From contig JBDRRP010000068.1 in assembly GCA_043825735.1 (NCBI GenBank), positions 62,001 to 126,000 of the forward strand: a DNA stretch of 64,000 nt. The letters run 5' to 3'. This document shows, one piece after another, positions 10,366 through 20,732 of this stretch. The translations under genes and the position numbers were made by a program. This stretch comes from Pseudomonadota bacterium. Lineage in GTDB: Bacteria > Desulfobacterota > Desulfobacteria > Desulfobacterales > JBDRRP01. The first letter of the stretch is position 1. Every line of letters starts with the position of its first letter. A model generated the notes under the pieces. That model did no database searches. It was not told where the DNA came from and saw only the letters and a list, made by a program, of their open reading frames with translations.

Positions 10366-11484
10366 ATGAGTTCGAAAAGGGATTATTATGAAGTGCTCGG
10401 CGTCGGCCGTGATGCCGATGACGGGACACTGAAAAAAGCCTACCGCAAACAGGCCCTCCAGTTCCACCCCGACCGCAACCCCGGAGACAGGGAAGCTGAA
10501 AACAATTTCAAGGAAGCCGCCGAAGCGTATGAAGTCCTGAGGGACCCTCAGAAGCGGCAGATCTATGATCAGTACGGGCACCAGGGGCTCGAAGGCAGCG
10601 GATTTTCCGGTTTCAGCGGCTTTGAAGACATCTTTTCAAGCTTTGGCAGTATTTTTGAGGATCTGTTCGGTTTTAGCGGCGGGGGACGGCGCACGCGCTC
10701 CAGCGTCCAGCGCGGGGCGGATCTGCGTTACGACCTGACGCTGAGTTTTCACGATGCCGCTTTTGGCATTACCACCGAGATTGACGTGGAAAAAATGGCG
10801 CCCTGCGGCGAATGCCACGGCAGCCGCTGCGCGCCGGGTTCCAGCCCGGAGGCCTGCAGCCAGTGCCGCGGTGTCGGACAGGTGTCCCGTTCACAGGGCT
10901 TTTTCACGGTTCGCACTACTTGCCCGCGGTGTCGTGGCGCCGGCCAGGTGATCGCCTCTCCGTGCAAAACATGCCGGGGCATGGGGCAGATCGGGACCAG
11001 CAAACGGGTGTCGGTGCGAATCCCTGCCGGTGTGGATACGGGGTCGCGCCTGCGGTTGTCCGGTGAGGGAGAGCCCGGGATGAGTGGTGGACCCACCGGT
11101 GATCTTTATGTATTTATCCAGGTTGAATCCCACGATTTTTTCCAGCGCGACGGCAACAACGTCATCTGCCAGGTACCCATCTCTTTTATTCAGGCCGCAC
11201 TGGGCGACGAGATCACCGTAAAGACCCTGGACGGCGAAGCGACCCTTCAAATTCCCAAGGGGACGCAATTTGGCGATGTGCTTCGCCTGCCCGGAGAGGG
11301 CATCCCGTCACTGCGCACCGGCCAGCGGGGTGAGCAGATCGTCCAGGTGATCATCAAGACGCCCACCAGCATTTCCAAAAAGCAGGAGCAGTTGCTGCGT
11401 GAATTTGCCAAGCTGGAGGGCAAGAAGATATCCACCAAACTCAAAAGCATTCTCAAGAGTACGGCGGAACGCACTTTCAATTAG
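10366..11484 (+). CDS. dnaJ: Chaperone DnaJ (class A)
   Basis: J domain with HPD, G/F-rich region, four CxxCxG zinc motifs and a C-terminal domain. Confidence 0.97.
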   Translation: MSSKRDYYEVLGVGRDADDGTLKKAYRKQALQFHPDRNPGDREAENNFKEAAEAYEVLRDPQKRQIYDQYGHQGLEGSGFSGFSGFEDIFSSFGSIFEDLFGFSGGGRRTRSSVQRGADLRYDLTLSFHDAAFGITTEIDVEKMAPCGECHGSRCAPGSSPEACSQCRGVGQVSRSQGFFTVRTTCPRCRGAGQVIASPCKTCRGMGQIGTSKRVSVRIPAGVDTGSRLRLSGEGEPGMSGGPTGDLYVFIQVESHDFFQRDGNNVICQVPISFIQAALGDEITVKTLDGEATLQIPKGTQFGDVLRLPGEGIPSLRTGQRGEQIVQVIIKTPTSISKKQEQLLREFAKLEGKKISTKLKSILKSTAERTFN

Positions 11485-11513
11485 TGTCCATAAACCAGGA
11501 GCGACAATCGCAC

Positions 11514-11888
11514 ATGTACGAGCTCAAGGTAGAGACCGATTTTGCCGCCGCCCACCGGCTGACCATGGTTGGTGAAAAGTGCGAAAACCTCCACGGACAC
11601 AACTGGAAGATAGAAGTGGTGGTCTCGGGCCCCGACTTGGACAATGGCGGCGTGCTGATGGATTTTGGCATCATCAAGATGCATGTGCGCGAGATCATGG
11701 GCACGCTGGATCACAAATACCTCAACGAGCTGGGTATTTTCGACGACGCCACAACACCCCCGTCTTCTGAAAACATCGCCAAGTACATTGCCACCGCGCT
11801 GCAGAAGCGCATCGACCGGCCCGGTATCCGGGTCGATCGGGTGAGCGCCTGGGAATCCAAGGACGCCTGCGCCACCTACATCCCCTAA
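11514..11888 (+). CDS. queD: 6-carboxy-5,6,7,8-tetrahydropterin synthase
   Basis: FAAAHRL, CENLHGHNW, DFG, LDHKYLN, SSENIA and WES motifs. Confidence 0.93.
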   Translation: MYELKVETDFAAAHRLTMVGEKCENLHGHNWKIEVVVSGPDLDNGGVLMDFGIIKMHVREIMGTLDHKYLNELGIFDDATTPPSSENIAKYIATALQKRIDRPGIRVDRVSAWESKDACATYIP

Positions 11889-12225
11889 TGCCTGTCCAGA
11901 AACGGCATCTTTTCCTTGGACACCCTTCGCTGCGCTCCGGGCGTCAGGATTAAACCGTGTGGCCCAGCGCGGCGTACTCGCACTTTTGGAAATCCTCAGG
12001 CTGTTCGTCTGGAACCCGGTGCGAAGCACCGGGTTTCCAAGACAAATAGCTCCGCTATTCCTCCGGTTTCCAAAATGCTCGAGCCTTGCGCTGAACCAAA
12101 ATCCACCATTTCTGAACAGGCATTTCTGTTTGTTGGGTCGATCCTCAACGTAGCCTGCGCTACGCCTGCGGTCGCCCCTGCGGCTCGGGCCTTGTCTGAG
12201 AACAAGATGCTTGGTTCTAAGCCGC
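11887..12225. mobile_element. MITE-like non-coding element(s), probably nested
   Basis: 17/19 inverted repeat aatgcctgtccagaaacgg (11887-11905) / ccatttctgaacaggcatt (12106-12124); internal hairpins aacccggtgcgaagcaccgggtt and cgtagcctgcgctacg; a weaker second end near 12204-12217. Confidence 0.55.
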
Positions 12226-12281
12226 CTGCGCCGGCTGAAGATTGGCGGGATGCGGGTTCGATTCCGCATCCATTAATAAAT

Positions 12282-12329
12282 AACAAACCCGCCCACTAAC
12301 CGCGTCCGGTCAGTGGGCGGGTTTGTTTT
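12282..12329. terminator. Strong, possibly bidirectional intrinsic terminator hairpin
   Basis: Perfect 16-bp IR aacaaacccgcccact / agtgggcgggtttgtt with A-rich and T-rich flanks. Confidence 0.75.
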
Positions 12330-12586
12330 GATGTTAATTCGGCGACTTGCCGTTTAAGCCGAGAAAGCTTCGGGGGTCGACAGAAATTTCTTAATAACCC
12401 TTTCTGGGCTTTGATACCGGGTTGGATTTCAATCTGTTGGTAATCACTCGAATTTTGTTTTGCACGCCACATAGCAGATGTTATATTGCCAGATCGGTTT
12501 TTGACGAACAGCATGATTACGGAAAAATGCCCGCCCGGAATATACGGTGGAGAGGTTGCGTCGTGAGCAGGCCAACAAACTACCAA

Positions 12587-12895
12587 CCGCCCTTTATCAC
12601 CTTCATGCTACGGATGATCCTGGATGCCGTGACCACCGCTGGCCCCCAAGTCACACCCCAAGTCGCCCCCCAAGTCGGCGCACTGCTGGTAGCGCTCCAT
12701 GGAGAGATGAGCCGCGAGGCACTGCAATCCGCCCTCGGCCTGCTGGACCGCAAATCCTTTCGCGAGCGCTATCTCAAACCGGCCCTGGCCGGCGGCCTGA
12801 TCGAGATGACCATTCCCGACAAGCCCAACAGCCGCTTGCAGAAATATTGCATCACTGACAAAGGCAGCCAGTGGTTTGTGCAGCATAACGATTGA
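12587..12895 (+). pseudogene. C-terminal fragment of a Fic-family protein (HTH tail only)
   Basis: PFITFMLRMILDA..PQVTPQVAPQV..GL.DRKSFRERYLKPAL..GLIEMTIPDKPNSRLQKY. No Fic HPFxxGNGR motif or credible start upstream. Confidence 0.7.
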
Positions 12896-13027
12896 TAAAT
12901 GGCGACAAACTCGCGGCACGGCTTGCGGCGGGATGATGGAATGAAACTCAAAGACGGGAAAAGTGCTCTTTGTCGCGCTGCTCCATGATACCGCCGCCGC
13001 GGCCGATAGATTGCGAGGGATCTTTCA

Positions 13028-13576
13028 ATGACGGGCCGTAAAAAGAAACCGACCTGGAGTGACCTTAAGCGCCAGCTTGCCGAACTCGACCGCCCGGCGC
13101 TGATTGGTCTGATTCAGGATCTCTATGCCGCCAGCAAGAACAATCAAGCCTTTCTGCACGCTCGCTTCGCACTGGGCGAGGACGTACTCGAACCGTACAA
13201 GGCCACCATTGATCGCTGGGTTTGCCCGGATGTGATGCGTAACCAGGATATTTCCATTGCCAAGGCCAAAAAGGCGATTTCTGATTATAAAAAGGCTTTA
13301 GGCAGTCCTGAGGGGCTGGCGGAGCTGACTGTGTTCTATTGCGAATCCTGCATGAATCTACTCGGCTACTGCGGCATGGATGACGAGGGCTATTTCAATG
13401 CCCTGGTGAGGGTGTTCGAGCAGGCGCTGAAGGCGATTGCGGCGCTTAAGCCAAGCCAGCAACCTGCTTTTGTTGAACGGCTCGAACGCGTCCGGAGCGA
13501 GGGGCACAACTGGGGATGGGGCGTTGGCGACGATATGGACGATCTGATGGCGGAGTATGGTTTTGCCGAAGAGTGA
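13028..13576 (+). CDS. Conserved hypothetical protein upstream of the primase-helicase gene
   Basis: Clean 182-aa ORF with a gaggga SD; abuts the next gene. Confidence 0.75.
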   Translation: MTGRKKKPTWSDLKRQLAELDRPALIGLIQDLYAASKNNQAFLHARFALGEDVLEPYKATIDRWVCPDVMRNQDISIAKAKKAISDYKKALGSPEGLAELTVFYCESCMNLLGYCGMDDEGYFNALVRVFEQALKAIAALKPSQQPAFVERLERVRSEGHNWGWGVGDDMDDLMAEYGFAEE

Positions 13577-15081
13577 CCAAGGGAATAATGCACAAGATGA
13601 ACTGCGGCGCCGGAGTGAAGAAAACGCCCGCCTCAAGGCACTGCTGACCCAGCACGGTATAGCCTGGAAAGAACCTGCCAACCCTGAACCCGTCCCCCCG
13701 CCGCCGGCACCTGCCCCAACCCCGCCCCACTTCACCACCGATGACAAAATTGCCCTGTTCCGCCGCCTGTTCCGAGGGCGCGAGGATGTCTATCCCCAGC
13801 GCTGGGAGTCGGCCAGAGGCACGTCCGGCTATTCTCCGGCCCGCGAGGCCCGGCAGCTCGGGGCCGCGCTGATCAGTCATACCTGCGACCGCACCCGGCA
13901 ATTGTCTCTGGCCAGCTACGACCGGCTGTTTCCAAACCAGGACACCCTGCCCAAGGGTGGCTTCGGTAATCTGATCGCACTCCCTTTGCAGAAACAGCCT
14001 CGGGAACTGGGTCGCAGCGTGTTCGTCGATGAACACATGCAACTTTATTCCGACCAGTGGGCCTTTCTGGCATCGATCCGTCCCTTATCAAGAAAGGATC
14101 TGGAAAACGCCATTCTACGGGCCAGCGGTGGCCGTCATCCCCTGGATGTAGCCTTCGCGGTTGAGGAAGGGGACAGCAAACCCTGGCAACGTCCTTCGCC
14201 TGTAAACGCCCGGATCGCTGGACCCCTGCCGGAATCCCTGACCCTGGTACTGGCCAACCAGATTTTTATCGCCAAGGCCGATCTGCCCCAACCGCTGGCC
14301 AACCGTCTGATCCGGCTCGCGGCCTTTCAGAACCCGGAATTCTACAAGGCGCAGGCCATGCGCCTGCCGGTGTGGAACAAGCCGCGTATCATCGGATGCG
14401 CCGATACGGCGCGACGGCCATCAGCCGATCATTTTCATGCAGTGCGGACGAATTCGCCACAGTGCGGCCAGACCAGAAACCGCCCCGGAGCAACTGGAGG
14501 TCTGGCCGAAAGTGTTTTCCGCACCAGAGATCCCGCCGGATTCACCGATTCAGGACGTGTTCCGCATCCTCGCCAACGATGCCGACCGCAATCAACGGAT
14601 TGCCACAGATGTGCTGGCCGCCTATCGGGAAGGACGCAAGGTGCTGGTTCTCACCGAACGGACGGACCACCTACCGCTGCTGCAGGAGGCACTGGAGGAC
14701 GAGGTCGAACACTGCTTTGTCCTGCATGGCCGCTTGTCGAAGAAACGGCGAACAACTGTGTTTGCTGAGCTGGATGCTTTGGAGGAAAACGCGCCGCGCG
14801 TTCTGCTCGCCACCGGCCGCCTGATCGGGGAAGGATTCGACCACCCGCCGCTCGATACACTGGTACTGGCCATGCCGATTTCCTGGAAAGGAACCTTGCA
14901 GCAATATGCCGGGCGCCTGCACCGGGAGCATGCCCACAAGCAGGATGTGCGCATTTACGATTACGCGGAAACCGATCAGCCCCAGCTCAACCGCATGTGG
15001 GACAAGCGCCAGCGCGGCTACCGTGCCATGGGGTACCGGATCAAGCCGGCAGATGAGAATAATAATAATATCTTGCCCTAA
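13557..15081 (+). pseudogene. Archaeo-eukaryotic-primase-like/SF2 helicase fusion (TOTE conflict-system-like), internally deleted and frameshifted
   Basis: KIALFRRLFRGREDVYP.RWE, DRLFPNQD.LPKGGFGNLIALPLQ and NPEFYKAQAMR, then a frame change to RRDGHQPIIFMQCG and the helicase C domain (GEGFDHPPLDTL, LQQYAGRLHR). Walker A and DExH motifs are absent. Confidence 0.8.
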
Positions 15082-15231
15082 GCAAACCGGCCGACGGACC
15101 CGGTGAACGGTGGTTTCCTGTTGACAGGGGGCGATGGGGTTGCGCATTATTAGCGACGGGCAATCGACACCGGGCCGCAACTGCGCTGACGGCGGTTCGA
15201 ACACCCGGTGAACCCTTCCGGGGAGGGGGCC

Positions 15232-17061
15232 ATGCTCAGTATCAGTCGTCGTTTTGTCAACCGGCGCGCTGCCTGCAGCGCCATGATCCGGATCTTTGCC
15301 GGGGCGGCAGCAGCAGCCCTCCTGGCCGCCTGTGCCACGGGGCCTCCGGTGGAAAAAGTGGATAGTGTCACCGTCTGTGTCGGCGGCCAGTGCGCGCCGG
15401 CCGCCGCCAGTCTGTCCGTCGCCCAGCTGACAACAGGCCTGAGTCGCCTGATGCTGGCCGCTGAAAAACAACCCTACACCATTTGCGAAGCGGATCCGAA
15501 AACCCGGGCCTGTGACGATAACGACATCAGCATGTTTGTCCAGGGTGGGCCGATCCCGGGAGTGGGATCCATGGGCATGGGCCGGATTCTTTCAGTGACG
15601 CCGACGCCGGCTGCAGGCACCCTCTCTTACAGCCTCAACACCAGCATGACCTTTATCGGGGTTCCCCTGATCACAACTGATCACGATGCCGTCATTCGCG
15701 TGAGTGACGATTGGCAGGTTCGTCTTGTGGAAAACGATTACTACACCAACTGGATGGCTGTGGGAAACCAGTTGATGAGTTTTAGTATGGCGGCGGACTG
15801 GATCGATCTCGACCGCAGCCGCCTGGGTGGCTATTACTCATGGGCGTCCACCGGGATCGGTATGGGAAAGGGCTCGGGGTATGCCGTCATCCAGTTTTCA
15901 GGCGCCCCGGGCAACGGCGCCGGCTGGCTGGACCCGGTGGCGCTGGCCACCATCCTCGAAGCGCGCAACACGCCGGCAAGGGCGGTTTCGGCGGCGGCGC
16001 CGTCAGCGACGGCAGCCCCCACCGGCGACGGTGCGCCGGCATTGACGCAGCTGCGGGACGATCTCATTCAGGAGCAGCACAAACTGCAGGCGGAAAAAGA
16101 GCAGGCGCAGGTGGAGGCAGAGAAAATAAGGGTGGAGCTAGCCCGCCTGCAGGCCGAGCTCGAGCGGCAGAAAACCGATTCTCTAAAGCAGGAGGCCGCG
16201 CGCCAGCAGGCTGAGCTGGAGCTTGAAAAAACGCGGGCCCGCTACAAGGCCGACGCCCTCCAGCAGGCGACGGCCGAGAAGGCCCGGCTGGCCGCGGAGG
16301 CGCGTCAACGACAGGAAGAGGCCCTGAAACGCAAGGCCTACACGGCAAGTTTCGGCCGCTACTTTGCGTTGGTCATCGGCAACAATCAATACCGCAGCCT
16401 GCCGCCGCTCAAGTCGGCGCTCAACGATGCGCGCACTCTATCGGGCGTGCTTGCCGACGGATACGGTTTCATCGTCACCCTTCTTGAGAACGCCTCAAGA
16501 TCGGACGTGCTCAACGCACTGAGCCGTTATCGGCGCGAGCTGGATGCCAATGACAACCTGTTGGTGTTCTACGCCGGGCACGGGTGGCTGGACAAGGCCG
16601 GCGACGAAGGCTACTGGCTGCCGGTGGATGCGGATATGAGCAGCGAGGTCAACTGGATATCCAACGCCACGGTGACAACGGCGCTCAAGGCCATGAAAGC
16701 CAAGCATGTTCTGGTGATTGCCGACAGCTGCTACGCCGGGAAGCTTGTGCGCGGGGTGACGCCCGTGATTAAAACCCCCGATCACATCGCCAAGCTGGCC
16801 AAGCTGAGGGCCCGGGTGGTGATGACTTCCGGCGGGGTCGAACCCGTTTTGGACAGTGGTGGCAAAGGGGATCATTCGGTTTTTACGGCGGCCCTGCTTC
16901 AGGCGCTCACCGACAACCGGGATGTTCTTCAGGCCCTCGAGCTGTTCCATGAGATCCAGCGCCCCGTGATGGTCAACGCCGATCAGACGCCGCAATATGC
17001 CGATATCCGTAACGCCGATCACGAAGGCGGAGACTTCCTGTTCATCCGCCAGGACCGGTAA
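15232..17061 (+). CDS. Lipoprotein with coiled coil and C-terminal caspase-like peptidase C14 domain
   Basis: Lipobox LLAAC; ALVIGNNQY, FYAGHG and ADSCYAG (His-Cys dyad); HSVFTAALL. Confidence 0.88.
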   Translation: MLSISRRFVNRRAACSAMIRIFAGAAAAALLAACATGPPVEKVDSVTVCVGGQCAPAAASLSVAQLTTGLSRLMLAAEKQPYTICEADPKTRACDDNDISMFVQGGPIPGVGSMGMGRILSVTPTPAAGTLSYSLNTSMTFIGVPLITTDHDAVIRVSDDWQVRLVENDYYTNWMAVGNQLMSFSMAADWIDLDRSRLGGYYSWASTGIGMGKGSGYAVIQFSGAPGNGAGWLDPVALATILEARNTPARAVSAAAPSATAAPTGDGAPALTQLRDDLIQEQHKLQAEKEQAQVEAEKIRVELARLQAELERQKTDSLKQEAARQQAELELEKTRARYKADALQQATAEKARLAAEARQRQEEALKRKAYTASFGRYFALVIGNNQYRSLPPLKSALNDARTLSGVLADGYGFIVTLLENASRSDVLNALSRYRRELDANDNLLVFYAGHGWLDKAGDEGYWLPVDADMSSEVNWISNATVTTALKAMKAKHVLVIADSCYAGKLVRGVTPVIKTPDHIAKLAKLRARVVMTSGGVEPVLDSGGKGDHSVFTAALLQALTDNRDVLQALELFHEIQRPVMVNADQTPQYADIRNADHEGGDFLFIRQDR

Positions 17062-17160
17062 CTGCCGGGGAAGGGCGCGTCGTAGGCCATGAGGATGTAT
17101 CCGGCGGCCCTGGCGTGAAGCGCTTGGACCAGCGGCGCCATGAGTAAGGACTGTTTTTAC

Positions 17161-17192
17161 TTGACAAAAATTCGAGTGGCTGTAATGTAACT
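17161..17192 (+). promoter_or_regulatory. sigma70-type promoter of the TRAP operon with a palindromic operator
   Basis: TTGACA at 17161; GGCTGTAATGTAACT at 17178-17192 matches AGCTACAWTGTAGCT at 11/15. Confidence 0.55.
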
Positions 17193-17268
17193 ATTAACGA
17201 TCATTCTGTGAATGAATGGGGGCTAGTAAATTAACTCGATACAGATCACTGGTGTAAAGGAGGTTCCG

Positions 17269-18351
17269 ATGGCGCTCAGAAGAATGGGGATTCTGGCAGT
17301 CGTTTGTCTGGTCGGCACGCTGCTGATGGCCGGGCCCGTCCTGGCCGCAGGCCCGAATTTGGACGCATGGAAACCGGCTTTCGATCCGTCCGGGGCCAAG
17401 TACAAATGCATTGTTTCCAACGTGTCCCATCCTGTTATACGGGGGGTGTACACGGGCTTTGCGATCCGCGATGAGCTGTGGAAGCGCACTAACGGTCAGA
17501 TCTACGTCGACTACAAGCCATTTTCCATGCTCGGCGGCGAAGTCGAGGTGCTCAACCAACTTCAGATGGGGGCCATTCAGGGGATGGGCGTCAGTTCGGT
17601 GGCCGCAACAAACCTGGGACCTCGCTTTGGCGCGGTCAACCTGCCCTTCCTGATCGATTCCTTTGACAAACTCGACAAATTCGCTTCCAACAAAAAGCTC
17701 TTTGACCACTTCATGATGGCCATGGACCACCAGGGGATCATCGGGATCGACATCACCGGGTACGGCAATTACGGCTGGGCCACGGTCAAGCCGGTACGCA
17801 CCGTCGCGGAAGCCCAGAAGCTCAAATTCCGCACGGCCGAAGCGGCCGTGAACCAGCTGACCTATAAGGAGTGGGGGATAAATCCGGTGGCCATGCCGTG
17901 GCCGGATGTGCCGGTGGCCCTCAAGCAGGGGGTGATCGACGGGCTGGATCACACGCCCATGGTGTGCAACATCACCAAAAAATTCGAGGTGGCCAAGTAC
18001 TTCACCTATGTCAATTACGCACAGGGTCTGTTCATCTGGATTTTCAACAAGGCCTGGTTCGAAAAACTGCCGCCCGATCTTCAGAAGACCTTCGTCGAGG
18101 TCGTGCACGACGTCTGTGCCCAGATCCGCAAGGAGACCGTGGCCCAGGAGTCCGAACAGATCGCCAAGGCCACCGCGGCTGGCATTGAGTTTATCACCTT
18201 GCCGGCCAAGGACATGGCCTGGCTGAAAAAGCAGGGCAACGCGGTCCATGTGAAATACGCTCCGGAAATCAATGAGCTCTATCCGAGCGATAAGTACCGT
18301 CCGGACAATTTTCTCAAGGAAGTCCAGACGTTCATCGGTTACAAGCCGTAA
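17269..18351 (+). CDS. dctP: TRAP transporter substrate-binding protein
   Basis: Signal peptide, LGGEVEVLNQLQMG, LKFR and MPWPDVPVALKQGVIDG motifs. Confidence 0.93.
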   Translation: MALRRMGILAVVCLVGTLLMAGPVLAAGPNLDAWKPAFDPSGAKYKCIVSNVSHPVIRGVYTGFAIRDELWKRTNGQIYVDYKPFSMLGGEVEVLNQLQMGAIQGMGVSSVAATNLGPRFGAVNLPFLIDSFDKLDKFASNKKLFDHFMMAMDHQGIIGIDITGYGNYGWATVKPVRTVAEAQKLKFRTAEAAVNQLTYKEWGINPVAMPWPDVPVALKQGVIDGLDHTPMVCNITKKFEVAKYFTYVNYAQGLFIWIFNKAWFEKLPPDLQKTFVEVVHDVCAQIRKETVAQESEQIAKATAAGIEFITLPAKDMAWLKKQGNAVHVKYAPEINELYPSDKYRPDNFLKEVQTFIGYKP

Positions 18352-18371
18352 GGGCTGCCGAGCGCTGAAAA

Positions 18372-18410
18372 GGCGGGGGACCTGTTTTTGCACCACAGGC
18401 CCCCCGGCCT
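18372..18410 (+). terminator. Stem-loop after dctP
   Basis: Imperfect IR gggggacctg / caggccccc. Confidence 0.4.
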
Positions 18411-18665
18411 TGTGACGGCAAGCCGGTCTGTCAAAGTCAGTCGTCCATATGCCAACCGTGACCCCAAGACGGGATTTAGGATTGTTGCACAAATGGGTTG
18501 TCAGGGCGTGGCGTGTGGATTTTTATTTTCCGGGGATGCTGTTTTTCTATGATTCATCGTGGTTTGGCGATAAATCGCATGGTATAGTAGCTCATTCGTG
18601 CGTGACTGAATATCGCTTTTGCTAAACCATAGACAACCCGCTTGGGGGGATATCGAGTGGCCAAC

Positions 18666-19172
18666 ATGTTCGCAAAGACGCTCAACGCGGTGGACAAGGC
18701 GATGACCTTTTTCGAGGAGTGGACGCTGTTCATCACGGTGGTTGTGGCGCTGGTGGCGCTGTTTTTCAACGTGGTGCTGCGTTACGGCTTCAACTATTCG
18801 CTGGCCTGGTCCGAGGAACTGGTACGCGAGGTGATCATTTACACGACGCTGATCGGCTGCAGCGCAGCGGTGAAAAACCGCAGCCTGATCAAGATCGACG
18901 CCTCGGTGCAGATTTTTCCCAGGCTCAAGGTGCCGCTGACCTTTTTCAGCCATCTGGTGACGCTGATCTTTTCGGTGATGGTGCTCTTTTACGGGTGGAA
19001 GCTGGCGCTGCTTCAGGCCCAGACCCATCAGAAGACGATCATCTTGCAGATTCCGCTGATTTACATCTTCGCGATGCTGCCGCTGATGGGGGCGATGATG
19101 TCGATTCGAACACTGCAAGTGATCTACGAGGACATTCGTGCGCAGCTGGGCCGCCGGGACAAGGCGCACTGA
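18666..19172 (+). CDS. dctQ: TRAP transporter small permease
   Basis: Four TM segments; NVVLRY..N.SLAWSEEL motif. Confidence 0.92.
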   Translation: MFAKTLNAVDKAMTFFEEWTLFITVVVALVALFFNVVLRYGFNYSLAWSEELVREVIIYTTLIGCSAAVKNRSLIKIDASVQIFPRLKVPLTFFSHLVTLIFSVMVLFYGWKLALLQAQTHQKTIILQIPLIYIFAMLPLMGAMMSIRTLQVIYEDIRAQLGRRDKAH

Positions 19173-19358
19173 CACGATCCGGTAGGGCGGGGGCTATTTT
19201 ACCGGGATGGACAGGATACAGAAGAAAATGCCGCGAGCCGGGTCATGGGCAAACAGTCGGTTTTCCCAAGGTTTCATGGTCCACAGATCCTGTTGATTCG
19301 TTCAATATCTGTTTCATTGTTTCAGCTGTCGGAAACTAGAGAGAGGGTCGTAAACCGT

Positions 19359-20654
19359 ATGGAAACGAGTCATGTGGTGATTTTGTTGATTCTGCTCGGG
19401 TGCATGGCCACCTACGTGCCGGTGTTCATGTGCCTGTTTTTTACCTCGGTGCTCGGGTTCGTCCTCTTTACCGATCTTCCGGTGCTGCTGCTGGTGCAGA
19501 CCCTGCTTCGCAGCATGGATAATTTCGCCCTTGTGGTGGTGCTCTTTTTCATTCTCTGCGGCAACATCATGACGGCCGGAAAAATTGTGGAAAAGCTGAT
19601 CAAGGTGGCCAACGCCCTGGTGAGCTGGCTTCCGGGCGGACTGGGGATGGCCGGTGTGCTGGCCTGTGGGCTTTTCGGCGCCATCAGCGGATCGACGGTG
19701 GCCACAGTGGTGGCGCTGGGGGGCTTCATGATCCCGGCGCTGCTGGAAAACGGTTATCCGGAGAGCTACACGCTGGGGGTGATGACCACGAGCCCGAACC
19801 TGGGCGTGATCATTCCGCCGAGCATCGGGATGATCCTTTATTCGATGATCAGCAACGTATCCCTGGAAGGGCTGTTTTTGACGGGTTTTCTGCCCGGGGT
19901 GCTGATCATGTTCGGGGTGTGTCTGTACACGTTTTTCTATTTTCGCAAAAACAAGGAAATCGTGCGCAAGCCGGTGCCGAGCTTTATCGAGGTGCTGAAG
20001 ATATTCAAGGATGGATTCTGGTCTCTGATGCTGCCGGTGATCATTTTCGGCGGGATCTTTTCCGGGGCCTTTACGGCCAACGAGGCGGCGGTGGTGGCCT
20101 GCGTCTACGCCTTTTTCGTCGAGATCGTCATCCACCGGGCCATCAAGTTCTCCGATGTCAAACGGATCACTGTCAGCTCGGCGGTGACATCGGCCACACT
20201 GCTGATCATCGTGGCCGGGGCGAGCTGTTTCGGCCGCCTGCTGACCCTGGAGAGCATTCCCGGGAAAATCACCGAGGCCGTGCTGATGGCCATCAATTCG
20301 CCGGTCGCCTTTCTTATCGCCATGAATGTGCTGCTGCTCATCGTCGGGATGTTCATGGACATCATTTCGGCTACCATGATTCTGGGGCCGGTCTTTTTGC
20401 CCATGCTCGGCGCCTTCGGGGTGGACCCGATGCATTTCGGGCTGATCATGACGGTGAATCTCGCCATCGGCTACTGCACGCCGCCTATGGGGGTGAGCCT
20501 TTACATCACCGGAGCCATCGCCGATCGTGATCTGATTTACGTCTCCAAGGCGGTGCTGCCCTTTATTGCGATTCAGATCGTCGTGCTGTTGCTCATGACC
20601 TTTATGCCCGAAACGGTTCTGTGGCTGCCGACGATTATGGGATTTCGGCACTAG
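19359..20654 (+). CDS. dctM: TRAP transporter large permease
   Basis: FGAISGS, GVIIPPSI, DPMHFG and GYCTPPMG motifs; about 12 TM segments. Confidence 0.95.
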   Translation: METSHVVILLILLGCMATYVPVFMCLFFTSVLGFVLFTDLPVLLLVQTLLRSMDNFALVVVLFFILCGNIMTAGKIVEKLIKVANALVSWLPGGLGMAGVLACGLFGAISGSTVATVVALGGFMIPALLENGYPESYTLGVMTTSPNLGVIIPPSIGMILYSMISNVSLEGLFLTGFLPGVLIMFGVCLYTFFYFRKNKEIVRKPVPSFIEVLKIFKDGFWSLMLPVIIFGGIFSGAFTANEAAVVACVYAFFVEIVIHRAIKFSDVKRITVSSAVTSATLLIIVAGASCFGRLLTLESIPGKITEAVLMAINSPVAFLIAMNVLLLIVGMFMDIISATMILGPVFLPMLGAFGVDPMHFGLIMTVNLAIGYCTPPMGVSLYITGAIADRDLIYVSKAVLPFIAIQIVVLLLMTFMPETVLWLPTIMGFRH

Positions 20655-20732
20655 CTGCCAAAAGATTTTGGGTAGCGCCGGACAATGCCGTTCTGAAAAG
20701 GGAAACGGCTTTAAAAGAAAAGGACAGTCAAC

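Noticed and set aside
12200..12275. Possible tRNA gene (GGTTCGATTCC)
   Set aside because: No acceptor, D or anticodon arms can be folded; kept only as a possible remnant.
11481..12299. ORFs 11481..12269(-) and 11916..12299(+)
   Set aside because: They span queD antisense and the MITE-like element and have no protein-like motifs.
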